From: Dimorphilus gyrociliatus
Lineage: Eukaryota; Animalia; Annelida
Direction: 5' to 3'
Length of the DNA stretch: 64,000 nt
Assembly (NCBI GenBank): GCA_904063045.1
Contig: CAJFCJ010000009.1
Span: 1,550,968-1,614,967, forward strand
A program made the position numbers and the translations under genes. The notes below the pieces were generated by a model. The model ran no database searches. It had not been told where the DNA came from and saw nothing but the letters and a program-made list of their open reading frames with translations. Shown here piece after piece: positions 1 to 13,659 of this stretch (positions are counted from its first letter, which is position 1; every line of letters begins with the position of its first letter).

Positions 1-327
1 GTTTTTTTACACTGGAATCATTATTTATAATTCGTATTCCCTGAATAGAATGACTTGTAATTAGCTCAATTGAATTATCTTCAAAATTCACTAGAACAAT
101 AGTAAATGATTCTGGATCTATTGTATAAACCCAACCGGTATATTTGGACTTATTATTCATAATTATCTCAATTTCTTTATAGACGTAAGAATGTAAAGAT
201 TCAGGATCGGTTTTTAACGATTTGAATTCATCATTTGACAGAGGTATTTCTTGTTCCTCCTATAGAAATATTTAAATGATCAATTAAAAAGTTAATACAA
301 GGAAAATATAAAATAATTTTTTACCAT
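1..327 (-). CDS. GEMIN6: Gemin6 (SMN complex Sm-like subunit), 5' part; ATG-only exon 327-325, 65 bp intron, exon 259 to window edge
   Basis: Manual translation: M|EEQEIPLSNDEFKSLKTDPESLHSYVYKEIEIIMNNKSKYTGWVYTIDPESFTIVLVNFEDNSIELITSHSIQGIRII. It matches the remembered Gemin6 pattern Y(I/V)YKE...Y.GWV.T.DP.S..IVLVNF. GT at 324-323, AG at 261-260. Not in the ORF track. Confidence 0.85.
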
Positions 328-1049
328 TGTTTTTGAATTGATTCAAATAAATGAGATATTAATTTTATAATATAAAAATAAGTAATAAGTCAACAACAAA
401 ACAGGAAAATTACAATAACCAATCGTTAAATTTGCGCACTAGCAGACGATAATACAACACTAACAACCCCATCTACAGTGTGAATTAGTTTTAAGATAAA
501 AGATATTCGTTTTTCGATTATGAAAGTAATTTGAATAAAACTTTACTATTACTGCTATAAGGGCAAACTGGAGACCCATACTTATCTGTTTACCGTCTTA
601 TTTAGCTTATTATATGCATTTTGATCTTATTGAGTATCCACTTTGTGAATTGCTAATAGAAGTATTCTTTTCTTCTATTTTTCTATTCTAAGAAAGAATT
701 CCATTGGGTCTAATTAAAGCACATAATAATTAGACATTTAATCTTGTCTTTGAAATAACCTTGAAGTTGTCTAGACACACTCGTGTTTGCCCTTTTTACC
801 TTTTGACAAATTCAATAGAAAGTTCAAAGGTGAAACAATCACGTATGCCGTTAGGCTTAAATTAGACGCGAGAAAGGACTAAAAAGACCACGTGATCATA
901 TTGAAAAAGAGAAGCGCTTAAAAAACGTGGTTACTCGTTATGTATTATAGTTAGTTGAAAGAGTTGGAACGGCGTGTGTGTTTAACAAGATTGTTAGAGA
1001 AGTATTTTTAATCTTTATTAAAAAATCCAAAAAAATATAAAGAGCAAGT

Positions 1050-1442
1050 ATGACCACGCCATGTTCAACTCCCCCTCCGAGGAGTAACATCTCTACGCCT
1101 AGCGCACCTAAAGTCGTCCGAGTAAGATGCGGAAAAATAGAATATAATATTGAGGAATCTCCTATGTCTGGCATTGTTAAGGGAACTATGAAAGTGAGTG
1201 TTTCCAAGAAAGAATCTAAGAAAAAAGTGAAGAGAAAACATTCCGAAAGTAAAATCGGAAATCCTTTTGCAAAAAAAACGAAAACGGGAGAGGACTTTGG
1301 TAATATATGGCCGCAAGAGGACCTATTTAACGCTAAGGAAAGACTAAAAAAAGGAAAGCAGGAAAGTGTTAAGGATGAAATTAATTGGCTAACCTTAGGG
1401 AAGAGGAAGAAAGTGATGTGGTTCAGAAACTTATCCTTTTAG
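1050..1442 (+). CDS. Small basic Lys-rich hypothetical protein, 130 aa
   Basis: Single ORF from an ATG, higher GC than its flanks, divergent from GEMIN6, NLS-like KKKVKRKH. No family recognised. Confidence 0.45.
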   Translation: MTTPCSTPPPRSNISTPSAPKVVRVRCGKIEYNIEESPMSGIVKGTMKVSVSKKESKKKVKRKHSESKIGNPFAKKTKTGEDFGNIWPQEDLFNAKERLKKGKQESVKDEINWLTLGKRKKVMWFRNLSF

Positions 1443-2168
1443 TATTTCCAAATATTGTTTTCAAATTTTTGGTTCTATTTCTTATTAAAAGAAAAATACA
1501 TATCTAAATACTTTTTATTAAATTTAGTCAACGTTCTCAAATAATGGTTTTTTTCTATTATTATTGTTTTTTTGCTTCTTATATTTGAATCTTTGAAAGA
1601 AAGAACGTTCTATTTTTTTTATATAGAAAAGTTCTATGTTCATTTATTTTTTTTAAAAGAAAAGAAGGAATAGAACGTTTTTAAAAGAAAAACGGAAGAT
1701 TGTCTATTTTAAATTTTTTTTTCTTTGACATCAATTTACCGATCGAACGATCTACTTAATTTGTCTGTTTTTATATATATATATATATCATTACTGTATC
1801 GGACGAGTTTTTAAGGCTAATTAGACAGAATAACCTTATATGGTAAAAGTAACCTAGAGAACTAGAAAGTTCTAAAAAGTTGAGTAGTGTTATAAACTTT
1901 AAAAAAAAAAAAAAAAAAGTTGTCCAGACGGTTGACTTCACTAAAAACTGAGGTGAATATTATAGAATAGTCCTATAATATGTTCTATTCCAGACTATTT
2001 AGTTAATACAAAAAGACTATATGGTTGTTTTTTTTTCAGATTATAAAGGTTAATAGAGTTACAAACATTGGTCATTTAGTGCTCTTCTTTCGAGTTGTAT
2101 ACTTACTAGTTTTTCATTTATACTTTTTTCAGTTAGATTAAGATATTGAAACGTTTGAATTATTGATA

Positions 2169-3464
2169 ATGGATACTATACTGTCGACTTTAAGATTAAG
2201 GAAGAAGGTTAGGAGATCAGAATTGGAGAATGTTGAAGAATTTTTATCTTCTAATGAATCGTTGAGAAAACTTGATTTTGATACTTTTTGTTCTAAGGCT
2301 TTTTATTGGTATTGTTTTCCAAGAAAACCGGGTTTAGAATCTCGCTATTTTTTCAGGAAGCAAAATTTTTGTATGCCAAAAATTTTGCAACCTGATGGAG
2401 CGAGCGGAGATCACTTGGTACTTAAACTTAATAGAAAACGTCAATTGAAGATAAGGGATGTTAGGAAAACTAATTCAAAATTGGCTGGGCATCTTCTAAA
2501 TGTGGATGGGACTCGATATCAATTACCGAAAACTTTTAGACCCGACTCGTGCGTTACTTGCACAACGCTTGCTGCAAGGGATAATCTGTATGTTTTTGAG
2601 TGTCATAAAAGATCAAATACTGGACCTGTTGTCGATCAGAGATTGCAAAGAATTATTTTAGCCAGATTTATTAATGATAGCATACAACTTATTGGAGATT
2701 TGGAATTGGCATTATCAAACCAAAGTCACCATATTGACATTGCCCTAATTGCACCAGATTTAAAGTCGGTCTTGCTCATAACAAGTCAAAAAGTCTATTT
2801 AAACGAGGACGAGCAAGCTTATCCCAGAGTGGGTGCTGTCAATATACTAGGACATGCTGGAAAAATACCTTTATATACAACAGCACTATGGACCGATGAA
2901 GCTGTTCGAAATAGGAGAATATTTGCATATGACAATCGTTTCCCCAACAATGTCGTCTATTCATTTTCCAAGAACTATATCCAGTGCTACGATTTCGTTA
3001 CTGACAAAGTCATTCAAAAAGGTCAATTACCCAATGAGATACTTCTTAGAGACTATCGCGTTGTCCAGGTCACGACATCGGCTTCAGGTCGACTTGTATC
3101 TCTACAAATTTTTAGCTGTTCACCAAATATTGTTAAAAATATGACGTTGATTATTTCAACTAAAGATTTGCAAGCAATCCTCTCTATAAAATATCATGAA
3201 ATTTGTCCGAATCATTTAATTTACTGGAATACCAGCTATTTTCCAATATTTTCGGAATGTGATTCACTTATTGCATTAACAGCTTCTCAAAGATCAAATG
3301 ATGATAAGAGGAAACCCGATATAGTTGTATTTAAATTGCCAGTTATAATGGAATCGTTGAAATCGCTTTGCAGGCGAAAAGTTATAAGAACATTTCGATT
3401 ATCGCGTATAGAAAAGTTAGGTTTACCGTCGAAGCTAGTCAAATTCTTAAAGAATGAACATTAG
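2169..3464 (+). CDS. Intronless protein with C-terminal SOCS box (ElonginBC/Cul5-type adaptor)
   Basis: ORF of ~431 aa from the ATG at 2169. The C-terminus MESLKSLCRRKVIRTFRLSRIEKLGLPSKLVKFLK has a BC box (SLKSLCRR.V) and an LP..L..FL cullin box. The N-terminal part is beta-rich and not recognised. Confidence 0.75.
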   Translation: MDTILSTLRLRKKVRRSELENVEEFLSSNESLRKLDFDTFCSKAFYWYCFPRKPGLESRYFFRKQNFCMPKILQPDGASGDHLVLKLNRKRQLKIRDVRKTNSKLAGHLLNVDGTRYQLPKTFRPDSCVTCTTLAARDNLYVFECHKRSNTGPVVDQRLQRIILARFINDSIQLIGDLELALSNQSHHIDIALIAPDLKSVLLITSQKVYLNEDEQAYPRVGAVNILGHAGKIPLYTTALWTDEAVRNRRIFAYDNRFPNNVVYSFSKNYIQCYDFVTDKVIQKGQLPNEILLRDYRVVQVTTSASGRLVSLQIFSCSPNIVKNMTLIISTKDLQAILSIKYHEICPNHLIYWNTSYFPIFSECDSLIALTASQRSNDDKRKPDIVVFKLPVIMESLKSLCRRKVIRTFRLSRIEKLGLPSKLVKFLKNEH

Positions 3465-3646
3465 AAGATTTTAAACATTTTGAATGAACATATATCAAAG
3501 GAAGATTTTGTTGTTGTTTTTGTTGTTGTTTTGTTTCTTTTTCTTTTGTACGGGTATTTTTGGGTCATGTGAATGTATTTACGAATATTTAAAACATTGC
3601 ACAACGAAAAATACTCTTTATTATTTCTACATGTTTAAAGCGGTTG

Positions 3647-4760
3647 TTAAATTTCGAGGTGGGACAGTTTGTCTATACAATCTTCAGGTTCTGCAGTGTA
3701 AAAAAATAACTGACATAGAGGATCTTTGAAAAAGTACTGTAGATATTTCTGATGTTGAATAGACCATCGTTTATCTTCTAAAAGATCTACTCTTATCTTT
3801 GCGATAAAGTTTGTTAATCGTAATAATCTCGTTTCGTACTTATCCGTATATATTCCTTTCAAGTATCGAATAAAACTGACCAATATTCTATTATATAGTT
3901 CAGCAAAATGAGGCTTTTCTCCTCCGGACACAAGGTGTAGAGAATATAAGAAGACAGCTTCCTCTTTGGAGAGGTTTATCTCCTTGATATCATAATATAA
4001 AGTTGTTAAAACTTGGACAGTTTGGTTATCTAGTACATGTTTCATTCGTTCACATTCAATTTTTAGTATTCTATCATTAAAACCAAAGTAAATATTTTCC
4101 TTGTCCAAATAGAATAAAGGATACATAACATCTAAAATATATAACATATCTGCATTCTTAAAAGAGATACTGATAAGATCTTTAAGCTTTAAATCTGTCA
4201 TTCCTGGTAAACTTCTTGAAAAGATTAATGAATAACGATACCAAATATTGAATAAAGTTTCTAAAAAATGTAAGAATCCTTTACGATCATCCAATTCTAA
4301 ACCAGTTACCTCTAATATATCTGAATATTCGTTAAATGGTATATAAATATTCTCTAGGGATGTTTGTGCGTTTTGAAATTGTAAATCAAAATTATGAATT
4401 TCATCTGACCATACGATATTTGTAAAAATAGTTGTAGCATTAGTGGTTTGTATGAATATATCATCAGCATCTGAATGACTTAGCATGGAATATACAGTAG
4501 ATTTTCGACTTTGTAGCTTTTCTGCGAATTTTAAATTTTCTTCTCTTCGCTTCTTGGTATACGGTCCTATTTTTATTCCTTTTGTTGACATTCCCTCTTT
4601 AACGCATTTATTAAAACGGCAAGCTGAACACTTGAATAAAAAATTATCTGCAGGTGAGCATAGATTTCTCCCCCTTTTGCATTGATATGGAGTACTTCTT
4701 TTAAGAGATCGTCCGTAGAAAACTTTACAGGCTTCGCAGGTGTAAACTCCATAATGAAAC
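3647..4760 (-). CDS. NR terminal cassette C1 (most distal): rest of DBD + hinge + LBD
   Basis: Acceptor ttgtttttag|G at 4760; FHYGVYTCEACKVFYGRS; 1114 nt (3n+1); lacks the first CxxC; AATAAA ~25 nt after the stop. Confidence 0.9.
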
Positions 4761-5156
4761 CTAAAAACAACAATAAACACTAGTTATATTTGAAAAAGAT
4801 GGTCCACAAGTAAATTCGTTTGTGATTATATTATGAAATTTGAAGATTATTATAGAAGAGAACTTTGGATAGAACATACAATCAATCGTCTATATATACA
4901 CATATCTATTTATATATTATATAATTATGCCCATTTAGTTCACTGTTAAACTAAACAATTGTAACAATTCCAAGGTATTATATCAGTTTAAAACATTTTA
5001 ACAATGAATACGATAGTATTTTATAAGACAATTTTTATTAAAGTTTCCGTTAGTGATTACTATTTTAATATTTAAAAAGAAAGAAACAACAAAATTATCA
5101 TTTATAGTTGATTGGCTATCGTAAGTTGTAGTTAAAGAAGAAAACAATGTAACTTT

Positions 5157-6279
5157 TTAGATATTTATATGACAATTATTAAGTTCCGTTACGCAATCAT
5201 CTACGCCTTGTGCATGCATGAATAATCTACAAATACTGTCACTATACATGTAATTTACATATTTTGAATTTTTTATACACCATTTTTTATCAGAATAGAA
5301 TTTTTCTTTCAAAATTGCTAGGGAATTAACAATATCCAAAAGTCTCTTTTGATAATCTCCTCCGTTTGTACTTTGTAAATATCTTATAAAACTTGATGTC
5401 ATTCGTGAATGTGCCTGTTTAAGTTGCGGCTGTTTACTATCAGATACAAGATTCAATGCATAGATAAATAAACTCTCTTCCATTGTAAGTTTTAAATTAT
5501 CCAGTCGTTTGTGTATACTTTCGTGAAGCTCAACATTTTTTTCGTCGCTAAGATAAACCATTTTAGACTTTCCCAAAGTGAATACTTTGTCATTCAAATT
5601 GATAACGAGGCAATCGGTATTCCAATAGATGGCGGTGGTCGCCAACATTAATATGTATAGCAGGTCAGTAGATTTAACCATATGTAGAAGAAAATCTTTC
5701 GTACTCAATTCTGACATTCCTGGTAATTTTCTTGCAAATGCTAAGATTCTTCTATACCAGTAGCCTAATAGTTGTTGTGAAAAATGTGATAGTACTTTAC
5801 GATCGTCTAATTCTAAACCAGTTTCTTCTAAAAAGTCCATAAAGTAATCCTTTGGAATTAATGCAAATTCTTGCGTTTTCAAGGCGTCGAGAAATACTTG
5901 ATCAAAATTTGATATCTCTTGTGACCATACAACGCTCCTTATCTCGGAAAATCCGGTAGTGGCTAATGTTAGGATATCATCAACATCTGAATGCATTAGG
6001 GGATGAGGAACGTTCAATTTGCTTTTTCTCCAAAGTTCAGCTATTACTTTACTATTTTGAATTCGTTTGTGACGGCTATATGGTCCTAATTGCATGGAAT
6101 CTCTCGACATTCCAAGACTCAAGCATTTTTTGTAACGGCATAAGGAACAGGCGAAAGTACAATTCCTCGATGGGGAGCATAAATGTTGTCCTGTTTTACA
6201 CTTGTACTGCAAGTTCCTTTTGGAACTTCTACTGAAGAAGACCTTACATGCTTCGCACGTATACGCTCCGTAATGAATG
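5157..6279 (-). CDS. NR terminal cassette C2
   Basis: Acceptor atcctacgcag|C at 6279; IHYGAYTCEACKVFFSRS; LBD signature FARKLPGMSELSTKD; 1123 nt. Confidence 0.9.
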
Positions 6280-6625
6280 CTGCGTAGGATAAATTAAAAG
6301 ATAATGGGTGTGGTTTAAAAAAAGAAAAATACATAAATCATTAAGTCAACAAATAAGACCAAACTATAGACCTAACCCTAACCCTTTAAATCAAGCCATA
6401 GCCAACAGATAATAGATCATAGAACAAAAAGTTAATATTATTTACCAATTGTAGTTTTATAAGAGAATGGGGTCAAGTTTTTGACCAAAAATTTCACAAA
6501 GTTTATTGATTAAGTTACAACGGCAAAAGATATTGATAGTTTTACATAAAGAAAACGCTGTACTACCCAATTTACGATCAACGATACATTAAAAGTTACA
6601 TTTGTGTGGTATCTCTTATCTAAAT

Positions 6626-7751
6626 CTAGCTAAATAAATTCAATTTCTTCAAAATGGCTATCGAATGTTCCATATCTTCGAGAGAAAAGCAGACGGCCCT
6701 CATCAATTTTGTCTGATATAATAATTTTACATATTCCTTTTCTCGTGATACCCACTTTCTTTTATTCAGTGAATTTTCTTTAAAATTACTAATAAAGTTC
6801 ATTAGCTGTCCAAGTCTTTGGTGAGAATTGTTTCCGTAACGACATTCTAAATATCTTGATAAAGCTACAGTTAGACGATCATGAGTTGTCTTGAAGTGAG
6901 GATGTTTTTTAGTTGGATAAAACAAATCAAGTGCAGTTATGATTATAGCTTCCTCCATTGTCAGGTTAATGTTAGCCAGGCTTTGAACGCTATCTTGATG
7001 GAGTTGTACAACAGATTCGTCTGTTAATTTGCTAATATTCTCTTTATCTATATTTAAACTTTGATCTTTTAAATTAATTACAACTCCATTGTTTTCCCAA
7101 TTCATTTTGTTTTTGATTGAATCAAGAAGCTGGAAATCATCTTGATTCTGTAAAACAATCCTAAAGAAATCATCCTTTGATAATTCACTCATTCCTGGTA
7201 ATTTAAGTAACGATTTTAAATAAAACTTAATTGCTACTAATGTATAAGCTTCGGTAAATTGGAAAAAGACTTTTCTATTGTCGAGTTCTACGCCTGTTGC
7301 ACCGTAGATATCCATATACTGATTCTGATTGAACATACCTTCTTTAATAACTTTCTTTGATATAGAGAATAAATCATCTAATCCCTCTACACTATCTCTC
7401 CAATCTGATGTCATAAAATCGGAAAATGAGTTGTTGCAAATTAAAATGATATCTTGAGCATCGCTATGATTTAATAAATAAGGTATGCTAGATCTCTTTT
7501 GGTGAAGAATAGCTAACTGTTCCTTATTTTTCTTCAATCTTTCTCTTGAATATCTGCCTATTTTGATAGCAGTTTTTGACATGCCAACTTCAATGCATTT
7601 CTTGTATCTACATAATTGACAAATGAAGGAGAAATTCTGACTTGGAGAGCATTGGTTCCTCTTTGTGTAGCAAACATATCTCTGATATCTATCAAAGCTT
7701 CTACGAAAAAATACCTTACATGCTTCGCAGGTGTATACTCCATAATGAAAG
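6626..7751 (-). CDS. NR terminal cassette C3
   Basis: Acceptor tttttccag|C at 7751; FHYGVYTCEACKVFFRRS; 1126 nt. Confidence 0.9.
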
Positions 7752-7960
7752 CTGGAAAAAAAATGAAATCCTTATGGAATTGCATTTTCATATTTCTTAA
7801 AGATGAATAGACAACGCCTCTGTTATTCGTCATTAAATATATACTGAATATATATATAATCTATATTTCAACAAGCACAACAAGCTACTACAATAATTAA
7901 ACAATACGAAAAGTAAATAATTAAAAAAGAAAGGGATGGAAGGAGGCGAAAATTACAATT

Positions 7961-9080
7961 TTAAAGTTTAAGATCTTGTAACAATGCAGCAGCTTCGTCT
8001 ATATTTTCCATTGTGAAGAAAGCTTTAAAAACTTTGTTACTTTCTCGTTTATTTATGTGAGGTTTATGTTTCCTCAACCACTTTTTCATGTAGTAACGCT
8101 TTTCTTTTAAAAAACTGTCTAAATTTATTAGCTCGCTAAATCTTAAATGTTGATTTTTATCGTATCTACATTCAAGATATCTTATAAAGGCTAACATGAC
8201 TCTGGATCGAAGAGTTTCCAATTGGGGGAATTTTTGTGCTGAATTTAGCATATGAATTGCAACCAGAAAGGTTGCTTCTTCGTAAGTAAGATGAGTTTCG
8301 GTAATACGATTATCATGTTCCTGTTGAATCTTCAAGCCTTGAAAATCGCATAATTTAATGAAATCTGTATAATCCATAATCATAGAATGTTTGCTATCTA
8401 TATTCATTATAAGCGTGTCGTCTTGCCAATGATTTCCCGATATAACTGAAAGTAGTAGATAATAATCACCGTAATTACTTAAAACAATCCGATAAAAGTC
8501 TGCCATCGGTATTTCATTCATCCCTGGCAAACACTTAATTGATCTGAAGAAATGTTTTAAAGAAACGACTGCTATATCTTCAGAAAATTGAGCGTGTGTC
8601 AGTCTATTGTCCAATTCTATTCCTGTAACATCGTAAATATCGAAGAACTCTTGTCTATCAAATGACGCTTCCTTTAATGACTTTTCTGCCATTTGATTCA
8701 ACAGGTCAAAATTTTCTATTTCGTCATTCAAATCTCTTATGAAAAATTCTGAAAAAGACTGACTACATCTTATTGTAATATCTTGAGCGTCACTATGTTG
8801 CGGTAAAAAAGGAACGATTAACTTATGATATTGTGCTTGAGCGTGACAGAGTTTATTTAGCTCTGTTCTCTGCGTGGAATATCTTCCTATTTTAATTTTA
8901 TCCTTTGACATGCCTGCTTCCAAACACCTATGAAATCTGCAAAACTTGCAGACAAAAATAAACTTTTCATTTGGACAGCATTGACGTCTATTAGTAATGC
9001 AGGAGTATTGCTGATGTTGTGTTAAGCTTCTCCGAAAGAAGACCTTGCACGCTTCGCACGTGTATACACCATAGTGGAAA
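7961..9080 (-). CDS. NR terminal cassette C4
   Basis: Acceptor cgtttttcag|T at 9080; FHYGVYTCEACKVFFRRS; 1120 nt. Confidence 0.9.
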
Positions 9081-9256
9081 CTGAAAAACGATTGATACAT
9101 TTTCATTCTTATCAAAAGATTCTTTGATTCAAATAAACTTTTATGTTCAAATTTGTACGGAAACAAAGAGAAACGAGTGTTAGTAATTCTTTTATCGCTC
9201 ATGATATGTATATTCTAATATAAATATAAAGGTATACAGTGTATGTATATATACTA

Positions 9257-9278
9257 ATATATATATATATATATATAT
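9257..9278. repeat. (AT)n microsatellite in the C5-C4 spacer
   Basis: Read directly; similar short tracts at ~1773-1788, ~35557-35576 and ~51031-51066. Confidence 0.8.
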
Positions 9279-9400
9279 CATTACGATGTTTACAACTTAG
9301 TTTTCGACGTGTAAAAAGACACACTACATAACTTGCTATGAAAGTTGAACTACTAGAAATGACTACAAGTGACATATTTATGAAATAGATTAATAGTATT

Positions 9401-10520
9401 TCAAATATCTAGTCTGCTTAGAATCTCAACTCCTTCATCAAGATCATCGATTACGGAAAAAGCTTTTAATAAATCCGTTTTGTACATCTTTGTGAAATAT
9501 TCTTCATTGTTCTTAACCCATTTTTTCTGTCGAAGATTATCCTCTCTAAAGAATGCAATTGTTGAAATAAGCTTCTGCAATCTTAAGTGATAATTACTTC
9601 CGTAGTTTTCTTCAAGATATTTAGTAAAAGCAAACATAAATCGTTGATAGAAATCTTGGAAATGTGGTTGACATTTTGTTGGACTGAGCATAAAAATAGT
9701 TGTGAGAAATATAGCTTCTTCAAATTTCAGATTAACTTCTGTTAATTTAATACCGCGTTTGTGTTGGCTCTCCGCAATTTCTTTATCAGTCATTTTAACC
9801 ATATAATCACTTGGAAGTAAAACAGAACGTTGATTACCCAATTGAAAAGCTAATCCTTCCGGTGTCCAATTTGCTTTTGATGCAACTTCAATGAGTACGC
9901 AAAGATTTTCCTTATGACTTAGAATAGTTTTATAAAAATCTTTATGATTCAGTTGATTTAGACCAGGAAGTCGTCTGAGACATCTCATAATTCTCTTGTA
10001 TAAAACTTCAATAAAAATTTCAATGAATCTGGTATAACTACTTCTATCATCAATCTCTATTCCTGTAACTTCTAAAACATCCATGTATTCTTGTTTTGTA
10101 TAAATACCACTAGACATTGAATGTAATGCTCTGGAAAATATATGGTTAAAATTTTCCACTTCTAGTGCCCAGTTTTCAACTAATAAATCTCTGAAAGATT
10201 GGTGGCATATTATGATCATATCTTGCGAATCCGAATAAATTGATAGGTATGGTACCATTATCTTTTTCATTTCAATATTGGCTAATTGCTGCTTGTTTTC
10301 TTTATGTCTTTGCTTTGTATATCTTCCTACTTTAGTTTTAGCCCTAGACATTCCTACGTCTACACATTTGTTGTATCTGCACTGCTTGCAAGGGAATAGG
10401 TAATCTTTGTCAGGGAAACAATGACCCTTTTGCGTGATACAGACGAAGCTTTCATATTTCTCCTTGCTTCTACGGAAAAAAACTTTACAGGCTTCACAGG
10501 TATAAGCTCCATAATGAAAA
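9401..10520 (-). CDS. NR terminal cassette C5
   Basis: Acceptor ttttttgcag|T at 10520; FHYGAYTCEACKVFFRRS; 1120 nt. Confidence 0.9.
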
Positions 10521-10987
10521 CTGCAAAAAAAAGGATTTTCCACTGATATCCATGAAAGCGAAATGTAAATGTGCCAAAAAATTAGATCGAAATAAAAACA
10601 AAAAAGTTAAGATAGACGAAAATCTCAGTTACTACAAAATGGACTTAAATGGATAGCTCATGGTATTCTATTTTAACAATGAAAATTGTCGGCCATCTTT
10701 AATTATTGAGTAGTAATAGAACAATAACAAAATAACAATATTCCCCTACAAAAAAGGTGTTAGCTCTATAATGGAAATTGCAACAACTGTTGAAAATTTT
10801 CTACAAGCCTTTTCTTTTTATTGAAAACTTAAAATCTTTACAAAATTAACGAGATGAACAATTTAGGGCAAAAAGAAATGCGAAAATAGTGTTCACATCT
10901 TAACTGCATCATAGAACGTTTCAGATCTCAACTACAATAGCTAAAATAGCGGTAAAGATCAATAGAAGTTATATATTATAGTTTGTT

Positions 10988-12107
10988 TCATATTTCTAAA
11001 TTGGCTAAGAGTTCAATACCCTTATCAATTTCTGGTGTTGCCATAAATGCTCTCATCAAAGGTGTTTTGTAAATTGCCTTTAAATACGTTTGGTTCTGTT
11101 TTAACCATGCTTTCTCATGAATATTTTCCTCTTTGAAATAGGTAACAACTGAAATAAGTTCCTGCAATCTGAGATGGTATTGTTTTCCATAAGTTTCTTC
11201 AAGATATCTAGAAAAAGCTAATACGAATCGATCGTAAATATCCCGAAATTGTCGACTAGTCTTGATTGTGCATAGCATATTTATTACAGTGAGAAACATG
11301 GCTTCTTCAAATTTAATATTAGCTTTGGCTAATCTAATACCGCATTCCCTTTGCATTTCTAATATTGGCTCATCACCCAGATTATTAAGATATTCAGTGG
11401 GAAACGTAAATGACTCTTTATCATCTACTTTAAAGACAATTCCTTCGGAAGTGAAATCAGTTTTTGAAGTGACAGCAAGTAAAATAGTAATATCAGTCTT
11501 GTTACTGAGTATAACTTCAGTAAATTCTCTATGAGATAGTTTATCAAGTCCAGGAATCTTTCTGATAATTTTTAACGCTTTTTTATATGAAACATTCATA
11601 ATAGCTTCAATAAATCTTGTATAAAGACCTCTACGATCTATTTCAATACCTGTAATTTCTAATGTATCCATATATTCTGCTTTTGTATAAATTCCTTGTG
11701 AAACAGCATTGGTAGCTTGATGAAACAATTCCCTAAAATTTTCTATTTCAAGATTCCAATCTTTAATGACAAGATCTCCAAAAGATTGATTACAAATTAC
11801 AATAATATCTTGCGAATCAGAGAAATTAAGCAGATATGGCACAATTAACTTGGTTTTTTCAATAATAGCTAAATGTTTCTTATTCCTTTGATGTCTATCT
11901 TTGGTATATCTTCCCATTTTAGTATTACCTTTAGACATTCCTATATCTATGCATTTATTATATCTACAATATTTGCAAATGAATGAATAACTGTCATTCG
12001 GAAAACATGAATATCTTTGAGTAATGCAAACGAATGTTGTATATTTATCCATACTTCTGCGAAAAAAGACTTTACAAGCTTCGCACGTATAAGCTCCATA
12101 GTGGTAG
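10988..12107 (-). CDS. NR terminal cassette C6
   Basis: Acceptor tttatttgcag|C at 12107; YHYGAYTCEACKVFFRRS; 1120 nt. Confidence 0.9.
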
Positions 12108-12355
12108 CTGCAAATAAAGGAATTTCCAATACATTCTCTAACTTTTCAAAGATTAAGAAGTTAAAACTTTAACAAATACATCTAATAAGCTTTTCTTTAC
12201 GATGACTCTTATAGTATAGATTGATTATAATTGAACAACTATATCTTTTACATAATCTATGATTTTGATGAATATCTGTATTTTTTTTACAAATAATACA
12301 AATGATAAAAGACAGTTTGGACAACATAACTCTATCACTTCGCAAAACCGTTTGC

Positions 12356-13475
12356 CTATATCTTTAATCCTTTTAAAAGTTCAACACCTACATCAAGATC
12401 GGGTTCCGCAATAAATGCTCTCATAATATTTGTTGTATATATCATTTTTAAGTAATTTTCATTCTTCTTTAACCATTTCTTTCCTTGGTGTATCGACTCT
12501 TTAAAATATGTTGATAGAGAGATCAATTCTTGTAATCTCTCATGATATTTATTTCCATAGTGCTCTTCAAGATAATTAGTAAAAGCTAGCAAAAATCGAT
12601 GTTGAAAATCTTGAAGATGAGGATGTGTTTTTGTTGGACAGAACATTTGTATTGCGGTAAGAAATACTGCTTCGTCAAATGTTAAACCTATATCTGTTAT
12701 TTTTTTCCCAGCGTATGCTTGTTTGTTAGCTATATCGCTGTCTGACATTTTTGCTAGATAGTCAGCTGGTAATATTATTTTATGATTATCATCTAATCGA
12801 AAAGTTACTCCTTCTTGAGACCAATTTACCTGTGAAGCAATCGCCATAAGGACATATATATTCTCCTTGTGACTGAGTACAGTTCTAAAAAAATCTTTAT
12901 CAGGTAATGTATCTAAACCAGGTAGTCGGCGAAGACACTTTAGTGCTCGCGTATACGTGACAACCATGGTAGTTTCAACAAATTTTGAGTAGTTCCGCCT
13001 GTGATCAATCTCAACACCTGTTACTTCTAAAACATCCATATATTGTTCTTTTGAATAAATATTTTGCGATACGGTACCCAATGCTCTTTGAAATAGTTCA
13101 GTAAAATCTTCAACTTCAGCAATCCAGCTTTTAATTGTGAAATTTTCAAAAGATTGATTACATATTATCACAACGTCTTTTGCATCGGAATATTGAAGTA
13201 GATAAGGTATTTTAGATTTCCTCATATTAAAATTAACCAACTGCTTTCTGTTCTCTTCGTGTCTTTCTTTCGAATATCTACCTATTTTAGTTTTACTCTT
13301 GGACATACCTAAGGCAATGCATTTTTTATATCTACATCGTTTGCAAGTGAATGTGTTAAATTTTGTTGGAAAGCAGGAATTCCTCCTAGTATTGCAAACA
13401 TATGTGTTATGTATATCCATACTTCGTCGGAAAAAAACTTTACAGGCTTCGCAGGTGTATGCTCCATAGTGGAAA
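12356..13475 (-). CDS. NR terminal cassette C7
   Basis: Acceptor tttttttgcag|T at 13475; FHYGAYTCEACKVFFRRS; 1120 nt. Confidence 0.9.
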
Positions 13476-13659
13476 CTGCAAAAAAAAAATAAAAAGTCTC
13501 TACTGCATTCGCCAATTCTTTCTGGATTTTTTTCCCAACAAATTTAATCTACTTTTCAAACAGATATCAATAAACATAAAATAGAAAGACGATACGTATA
13601 GTATATTACATTTTGTATTAAATTTTTGTATTACGAAGTATTCAATAAGATAAAACTAA

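Noticed and set aside
1-327. Functional link between GEMIN6 (snRNP assembly) and the splicing-dependent NR array
   Set aside because: Adjacency only, which is expected by chance in a gene-dense genome.
4795-4812. TGTGGACCATCT (C-G-P-S) upstream of C1 as a private first exon
   Set aside because: No CxxC pair and no phase-2 donor; a chance match.
6371-6385. Telomere-like CCTAACCCTAACCCT
   Set aside because: Only ~2.5 units; too short to call an interstitial telomere or an element.
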